From the NCBI GenBank assembly GCA_951406725.2, contig OX597815.1, positions 197,160,001 through 197,224,000 of the forward strand: 64,000 nucleotides of DNA, given 5' to 3'. The stretch's first letter is position 1. Every line of letters begins with the position of its first letter. The stretch comes from Octopus vulgaris. Its lineage: Eukaryota. A model generated the notes under the pieces. That model saw only the letters and a program-made list of their open reading frames with translations, was not told the DNA's origin and made no database searches. Position numbers and translations under genes: made by a program. Shown here one piece after another: positions 56,127 through 64,000 of the stretch.

Positions 56127-57722
56127 ATGATGATGATGATGATGATGATAGCAATAGTAATATAGTAATAATAATAGTAATAATAATAATAAATTTTTAA
56201 TACATATTTTATCTGTGAATTTGCGCGTGCAATCTGGGAATGCATACAATGAGCTTCTCTGCCCTAGGTGTATGGAAAACACTCGCGAGAAACGTAAGAA
56301 AATTTGAAGAAAGAAGGAAAAAACATAATAATAAAATTAATATTAAATATGCATAGGATCCTTCGAGTAGCGACAAAATGATCTTTCTGTAGGGTCATAG
56401 GTGGAAGGCCATTTAACAATATAATGGAGGATGAAAGAATTTAATAAAACAAATTCTTTTTATTAAAAGTTACACAGTTCAAAATGGCCCAGGGAATGTA
56501 AGTATATTCAAATGGGAGGTGTTTCAAAATTAAATATCGCTTTAGATTATTTTTTAATTGGAAATGAAAACTTTTATTTCCTTTTTCTGTTGCGTTCAGT
56601 CTCTCTGATGATGAAAAGAGGCACCTCGTTTCACCTCTAACCAAACACTGTCTGGAAAGATAATGCCGTAGCGCCACTATACGGAAAATTACGAGCTTGC
56701 ATATGGAAGATACAATGCATTTGTTCTCGAATATTTATCTTTTTCGCACACGTTATTTAGAACAAAGTATCGACTGACTTTTGTTTATGTTTTTTTTTTT
56801 CAAATTACAGTGTAAATAGATGAAAATACTATTAAATAATGACAGTATTCATTCTATGTATTAACAAAAAAAAAATACTTCTATATCCTCAGACGGCCAT
56901 TCAGGTTTCAGCAAACGTGTTCATTCAGTGAAGTCTTATTTTTAAATAAAAATTATATTATAGTTCTACTTTTAAAAACATTTCAAGAAAACGAAATTGC
57001 GTTTGATTCAAAACGTGAGAAGTGCGTTTACTTTAATAAAGAGTGGAATAAAACTAAAAAAATGCACTAATATTAATTGCAAACAACATTCTGCCCTTCG
57101 GCGCTTAGAAACAGTGATATATTTAGAGACAACATGAGTCTGTTCGAAGAAACAAAATAGCGAGAAAATTTCTGGTATCTAATAGAACGACTCTAATAAT
57201 ATTGCTACATAGGAATGACAGTTTTATATACGTATATATATATAAAAATTGATATTGGAAATAACTCTGTTCAGCGATTGTTTTCTATATTACAATTAAA
57301 ACCAGACTTACAAATTACGTATAATTGAATAGGGAGGATAAGTTTAATTTTCCTTGACAATAGCAAGAAATTTAGCAATGCGAGTTCTTTATATGAATTT
57401 GTTCTATACGTGACGAAAATAATGAGATACTGATGTATATTATTTATATAGAAGAACAGGAAATGGTGAAGAAGGGCACTGGGAGACGAAGTAGGATTGC
57501 TGAACCTTTATAAGATCGTGGAAGAAACAAAATATAGGAGATTAAGACAATAATAGCCTCTGATGTTTTGTCGGCTGCTTTGATTCGCAGAACCTTAGAA
57601 AGGGTAATTGTAATAATTCTTTATAATCCTTACTACAGTCATCTTGATATTTTCAGTCAAGGACATAGTATGTGTTAGTAAATGATTGGTTTTCGTGTTG
57701 TACATGCGCCTTCAATACAATA

Positions 57723-58286
57723 TTGGGTTGTCCGGAAAGTTCGTGCCGATTTATAGTAGCTTACCTTCCGACTTATTTTAGAACATGGTTGAGTCCATAA
57801 AATAGGATTTGACTACACCTGCATTTAGAGCACAGTTTAAGCTATCTTTTCGTGGAAGAAGGTTTATGTTCCTATAACCTGTGTTGATTTTGTAACCCTT
57901 TAAAATGGAAGATAAGAAAGTTCATTTTCGGCACTTGATGATTTGAGAACCAAACAAAATTTGCTACAGCTCGGCTGGGATGTCTTACCACACCCTCCAT
58001 AGTCACCAGATATTGCTCCTTCGGATTTCCACTTATTCAGATCTCTGCACAATAGTCTTAATGGTAAAAATTTCAATTCCTTGGATGACGTAAAAAGATA
58101 CCTTGATGAATTCTTTGCCATGAAACCACCTCTTCTGGGAAGAGGGTATTTTCAAGTTAAAGGAAAGATGCAGACTGATTGTGCAACAAAAGGGTTTATA
58201 TTTGGTTGATTAAAAATGTAATGGCACGTATTTATTGACCTTTTTCTTTCCTTTAAAAATCGGCACGAACTTTCCGGACAACCCAA
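57723..58286 (+). mobile_element. Internally deleted mariner, copy 2
   Basis: Perfect TA-flanked TIRs TTGGGTTGTCCGGAAAGTTCGTGCCGATTT; MEDKKVHFRHLM joined to ..LLQLGWDVLPHPP*SPDIAPSDFHLFRSL. Confidence 0.95.
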
Positions 58287-58954
58287 TATTTACGAGCTAC
58301 AGTTACTTTCAACACGCCATAGTTCCTTATGCTTCTCGTAACTAGTACTATCCAACATCAAAGAATTATAGGTATAATTGAATAAAATAATGAGTTTTAC
58401 TAATATGATCCTTCGAAGATTTTACTAGAGGTACCTGGTAACATATTTAGAATAGACGTATTAGAAGCATACAGTCACAAAACTGCACATAAAGCTCTTA
58501 ACCGTTTTCTGCCCTCCTTGGAAGTTAGAACAGATACGTGGAAGTCACAGCAGCTGAGCAGTCTCATCTCAGAAGAACATTATTGGCATAGCTATTAGAA
58601 AAGAGCCCAAACACTATCTGCTCCACAAATCGGACCGTTTATTGCCACTTAAAACTATCCAATTTGACTAGGACAAAAACTAAAATAAAAAAAATTAAAA
58701 AGGTGACGTATGCTTCTAAAAATGCGTTGTTCGAATTATGAAAACTTGAAAACTTGCTGTATTGTGAAAAACCTAACAGTCCTAACAACCGTGCCGCTTT
58801 TATTGAAGTAAATGTTAACAGATATTTTTTTTTATAATTGCTCCTTCTGAGATGTGATTGTCACGCGAAGTTAATCCAACTGATATAGACTATGGAAGGA
58901 TAGGAAAATATTAGGTTTATAAGCTCTAAAATTCACTTCATAACTGTTCACGGT

Positions 58955-59025
58955 TATATAGCGTAGTGGTTAAGACTGGGCCTACTAACCCCAATATTCC
59001 GAGCTTGATTCCAGCCAGTGACATG
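58955..59025 (+). mobile_element. tRNA-like SINE head remnant
   Basis: TAGCGTAGTGGTTAAG A box and degenerate B box GCTTGATTCC, followed by (TAT)n. Confidence 0.5.
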
Positions 59026-59027
59026 AA

Positions 59028-59066
<39 letters not shown>

Positions 59067-59067
<1 letters not shown>

Positions 59068-59603
59068 GAGTGAGAGAGCAGTGCATGCCATCAAAGTAAC
59101 ACTGGGGTAAAATATACGAAGCCCAATATACCCATCATTACTACCCGTCTGATAAGGGTACACCAGGCACAAGCATCACAACCATATGTGCGTGACATGG
59201 TGATCTCATATCAAGATAAACAGCACATGACCTTGCAGGTGAGGCCCAGTTAGAATTTTCGTCAGGTTGAGTAGCCCATCCCGCTCAAAAGGTCCCTGAA
59301 TAAGGGTTGTTTAAGGATGTTGAAAGAACCACCCATGTTTCCAGAGGTGAATTATTCAAGCCCCAAAGAATCCCTCTCAACACATGGCTATGATGCTCCC
59401 CCACTACCTCTGCTCGTGATCAGAGATGCACATATCGTCAGCCACTAAGGGACATGCTCATCTGGTTAAGGTCAAACAACTGACAAGCAAATCTGTGGTA
59501 TTGAGCAGAATATTTGCTGTAGCCCATCTTTTATACCAAGACAAAACAATGTACATGATAACACTTCCAATCAGTTAAGATCAGAAACTATGAGAGCCAC
59601 TGC
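59067..59603. mobile_element. Unclassified ~540-bp element embedded in (TAT)n
   Basis: Sharply bounded block of higher GC with TAT repeats on both sides; no recognisable ORF. Confidence 0.5.
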
Positions 59604-59689
59604 TATTGTTATAATTATTATTATCATTACTATTATTATAATCGAAAAATACCTTAGGAATGAGAGCCCAGGTTCGAAATTTCACCAAT

Positions 59690-59733
59690 ACACCTGATGG
59701 AGGCTGGAGTGTATATTAGCCGAAACGTTGTGT
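59690..59733 (+). ncRNA. Minimal hammerhead ribozyme motif (one core substitution)
   Basis: ACAC-CTGATGG-A-GGCTGG-agtgtata-TTAGCC-GAAAC-GTT-GTGT; palindrome AACGTT replaces stem III. Confidence 0.65.
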
Positions 59734-60911
59734 TAACAAATAAGATGAGGGAAACTATCCGTCAAATGTAAGCAATGTACTATTTACTATGTAGATGAAA
59801 GCCGACGTATAAGAAACAAGATTGCGTCATCTGTTTTCCGATCAATAATATATTAGAAGAGCTGCCACGCACTTCGAGTTATGGCATCATTAAACTTTGC
59901 TTATTGCTGCCTTCAGTTAATTTAAGAAAAGAGGATCCAAGAAATATCATCCTTTCCACACCAAATGGCAACTAATTCAGTTTAAACTGTGACATTAATT
60001 GCAATGTAAATCGCCGCTGTAATACGTGGTATAGTTTGGGAACCGACAAAGAATAGTAGTAGCCTTCGCCTACTGTAACATCTTTTCAAGCTGGCTTTGC
60101 GATGGGAAATATGCTCTTCCACCAAAAATAGTAGGAATGAAACTTCTGCAGCTACGTCAGGTCGAGATAATCCTTTTGTTGGCTTCTTCGTATTAGGTAA
60201 GGTCAACATTTGTAGATCTGTTTAGAATTAGAATTTGCAAGCGTCTACCTGTTGTATGAACCGCTATCTAGTACGGGTTAAGGTGCAGTTTTTTTGAAAA
60301 ATCGATTTACAATAAATTCCAGAACATTCCACATCGGCAGTTTGTTTACGAACTCCGAGTCGAGCACTATGGCCATCTGTTTGCAGATGGCCATGGTGGA
60401 ATCGCATTTTGCCTGGCATGCTAAAGTTTCTGCTAGATCACCGCACTCTTGTAGGCAAATATTAAAAACCGAATAGCTTTTAGAGGCTATTACGCCATCT
60501 GGTCTTTTTTTCTCTTCTGCATACATTTTTTGTAACAATAAGAAACTTCTGTTACATATTTTTATTTTATTTTCCATAGCACTTAACGATATTCAACTAA
60601 TATATGCTATAACATTTTGTCGATGATTATCTACGGCGTATTTTAACAGAATATAGTAATTCATTATTGTTTATGGTATACAGAATAGTAAGTCAAAGAA
60701 ATAACCAATATTTAACGAAAAACAAACATTGTCATTCTCACTTTCTAATCGATAATACTGCTAAGAGTTCAAATACATATATTCATCAGCACATATATAG
60801 ATAAATTAATAGATAAACAAGTAGATAGATGGATATATTGAAACGTCTGTTGCCGATATATGTGTGGCATAAATATATAGAGATATTTAAATATGTACAG
60901 TCACACACGGA

Positions 60912-61013
<102 letters not shown>

Positions 61014-61029
61014 TGTGTGTGTGTATGAA

Positions 61030-61217
61030 TAGGGAGAGTTTACGAAAAAAACAAAAGACGAAGACCGGTGGTGTACAAAACAAACAGATGTATTAGTATG
61101 ACGCTCAGGAATAGAAAAATGTCTTTTACGTTTCGAGCCTACGCTTTTCTACAGAAAGGGACACAGAAAAAAACAAGGAGAGAAAAAAAATGTGTGTTGT
61201 GGCTAACGATCATGGCG
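61030..61217 (-). mobile_element. ~190-bp element with hammerhead-like motif (61123-61158)
   Basis: Minus strand CTTT-CTGTAGA-A-AAGC-GTAG-GCTC-GAAAC-GTA-AAAG; inverted copy of 62710-62905. Confidence 0.75.
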
Positions 61218-62239
61218 AGGCATAGTGAACACTGAAGATGCTGCAGTAGGTACTGACGCGTTGATACGTTGCATAGTATATATTTTGGAATTGAAACATA
61301 TATCTGATCAAAATATTATCATGAAAGTGCTGTGAATTCATTAGAGAGAAATACACGAACTCCGATATGTACTTGAATTTCAAATATCATACATATCTGA
61401 CAAAATACAATTATATCCTATATTTTTATTAATGGAAATAATACTTATATATCGATTTATAAGTCGATTCAATTACTTGCAGTTCATTGGACAGATAACG
61501 CAATAATTCTATGGAATCCTGAATCGATTGTCGCTCTGATGGCCAAATGACGATGAGATATTATCGGAAAACTATTGTCACATCACTTTCCAAGTAATAA
61601 TATGTTCGTAGCTACATTGGTTTATTCGGCCTATTCATTCTTGAAAATAAATTAAAATGGGAATACAGTCTGACAATTCCAGTGGCAACAGCGATTTAAT
61701 ATATCTTAGCGCTATCAATTGTAATCTCAAATACTTCGGCAGATTTAAAATTAGTCAATTGTAATATCATGACAATAACGGAAGAAAAACGTTGATCACT
61801 CCTCTAAATACATTACATATATTAGTTCGACACACTGAAGTAGAATTCAAACAATGTCACATTTTATTTCCTGCCTCTAAACATAACTTCCCCAATTATG
61901 TAGTGATATTCCTGGTATTCCGTATTCAGTGAAAACAATACCGTTTGGGGATGTGAAAATAAATGGACAGCATGATCGTTGAAATGAAAAAATTTGATAT
62001 ATTGGATGATTAAATGTTTATTTCAGGATCTCAACAGTACATATTTTACTGTAAATAAAAACTAAATTCACACACACAGAGCCACAACACACACACACAC
62101 ATACACACGCACGCACACACACACAAACACACACACACACGCACACACACACAAACACACACACACACGCACACACACATACACGCACACACAACCACAA
62201 CACACACACATATCCTCATTTGTAATGACTCTGAATGGT

Positions 62240-62655
62240 TATTCCTTTACTGCCCACAAGGGGATACACACAGAGGGGACAAACAAGGACAGACAAACTG
62301 ATTAAGTCGATTATATAGACCCCAGTGCGTAACTGGCACTTATTTAATCGATCCCGAAAGGATGAAAGGCAAAGTCGACCTCGGCGGAATTAGAACTCAG
62401 AACGTAACGGCAGACGAAATACTTGTTTCTTTACTACCCACAAGGGGCTAAACATAGAGGGGACAAACAAGGACAGACAGACGGATTAAGTCGATTATAT
62501 CGGCCCCAGTGCGTAACTGGTACTTACTTAAAGGACCCCGAAAGGATGAAAGACAAAGTCGACCACGGCGGAATTTGAACTCAGAACGTAGCGGCAGATG
62601 AAACACCGCTAAGCATTTCGCCCGGTGTGCTAACGATTCTGCCAGCTCGCCGCCT
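62240..62655 (-). mobile_element. Group B SINE head-to-tail dimer within one TSD
   Basis: Full monomer at ~62425-62655 and a 5'-truncated monomer at ~62240-62422; TSD TTTGTAATGACTCTGAAT at 62219-62236 and 62655-62672. Confidence 0.92.
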
Positions 62656-62769
62656 TTGTAATGACTCTGAATTCTATTGTTCCATTCACTTACATTGTAG
62701 AATATTGTCGACAGCTTCTGCACACATTTTTTTCTCACCTTGTTTCTCTCCGTGTTTCTTTTCTGTGTA

Positions 62770-62807
62770 TCTTTCTGTTGAAGAGCGTAGGCTCGAAACG
62801 TAAAAGA
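62770..62807 (+). ncRNA. Minimal hammerhead-like motif with A6U core, in a ~190-bp element (62710-62905)
   Basis: TCTTT-CTGTTGA-A-GAGC-GTAG-GCTC-GAAAC-GTA-AAAGA; perfect stems I and II. Confidence 0.65.
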
Positions 62808-63659
62808 CTTGTTTTATTTATATTCCTGAGCGCCATACTAATACAATTGTTTGTTTGTACTCCACCTGCCTTCGTCTTTTGTTTATTTTCATAAAGCTTC
62901 CCGTTATATATTTAGCAAATCAGTTTGTCGTGTAATATTTAACTAAAATAATAGATTTTAAAAAAATGGAATGTAACTGAAGACATTCTTTGAATAAATC
63001 TGGAAGAAAAGTATCCGAATTAATCAACGATAATTAGACTAAGCAAACCTGGGTGTTGAAAATACTATCCATCAAATTCGAAGGACAAGTTGTAACTCAA
63101 ATTCGACGAATAAGTTTTAATGTCAAATGTTTAGTTTGCCGTGAAGGGTGTTGAAGCATTTCATTGAAAGCTAGGGAAGCAAGGAAAATCCATTCTCTCT
63201 TGAAATACATTTTCCTCAGGAAATGGATTTGAAGAATAGCTCTAGAAGTTGAGAGCGATGTGAAAGTGTATGGAGCGGGGAGAGAGAGATGGGGAGAAAG
63301 AGTAGTTTTATGATTGGTTCAGAAGTTTAAGTGCCAAGTGGAAAGGTAAAGTGAACTGGAAACAACGTCAAAGGTAAACTATATGAAGGATTCATGTAAA
63401 ATGCGTAGAGAAGGGAGAAGTAGGCAACAAAGTGAATTAAAAATAGGTTCACATAAAGCAATCCACAGTGTACGGCACGGTTATTTTCAACTTGACTGTA
63501 AAGCATATCGGTGATCTTCAATGAACAAAGCAGAAAAATAATGTTCCGTTTTCATGACGAAATATATCTATAAACTCGGCCGCATGCACGAATGCAACCA
63601 TAGCTGAAAGGACGCACACTAATATATACATACATATATACATGCATACGTACATATAT

Positions 63660-63734
<75 letters not shown>

Positions 63735-64000
63735 TATATAAGGAGAGAGAGAGAGGGGGAGAAAGAGAAATGCATGATTTTAATGCATGCCGACAGACAT
63801 ACCTAAGCACTCCTTTTACGACTATACACGCTTCTTATATATATATATATATATATATACATCTATATCCATATACATGTATATATGTGTGTGAGTGTAT
63901 GTATGTATACATGAATGTGTGTATATTCATAAACATATTCAAGCACGAGTGTGCACAGATTTGTACGTCTAACTGTCTCAATATAGGCACTTACGCAGAA

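Overview
This is AT-rich eukaryotic DNA with no convincing host protein-coding gene. Almost every ORF in the supplied track is a translation artefact of microsatellites ((TA)n, (CA)n, (CTAT)n, (TTA)n, (CATA)n). The repeat landscape resembles what I recall of octopod cephalopod genomes (inference). It includes three tRNA-derived SINE groups with shuffled modules, one full-length frameshifted mariner plus two copies of an internally deleted mariner, a non-autonomous Helitron, fragments of CR1, RTE and RLE-type (R4/Dong-like) LINEs, and two Penelope-type GIY-YIG fragments. The most interesting hidden signal is a set of about eight minimal type I hammerhead-ribozyme motifs from several short element families. 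Most have palindromic stem III and non-canonical cores, and one follows an array of five hairpins. Other highlights are a LINE/SINE shared 3' tail with compensatory stem changes, a SINE dimer inside one 18-bp TSD, a SINE with a ~58-bp flanking duplication, microsatellite-targeting RLE LINEs, and a strong minus-strand bias of SINEs. All alignments and folds were done by eye, so element boundaries are approximate unless termini are quoted.
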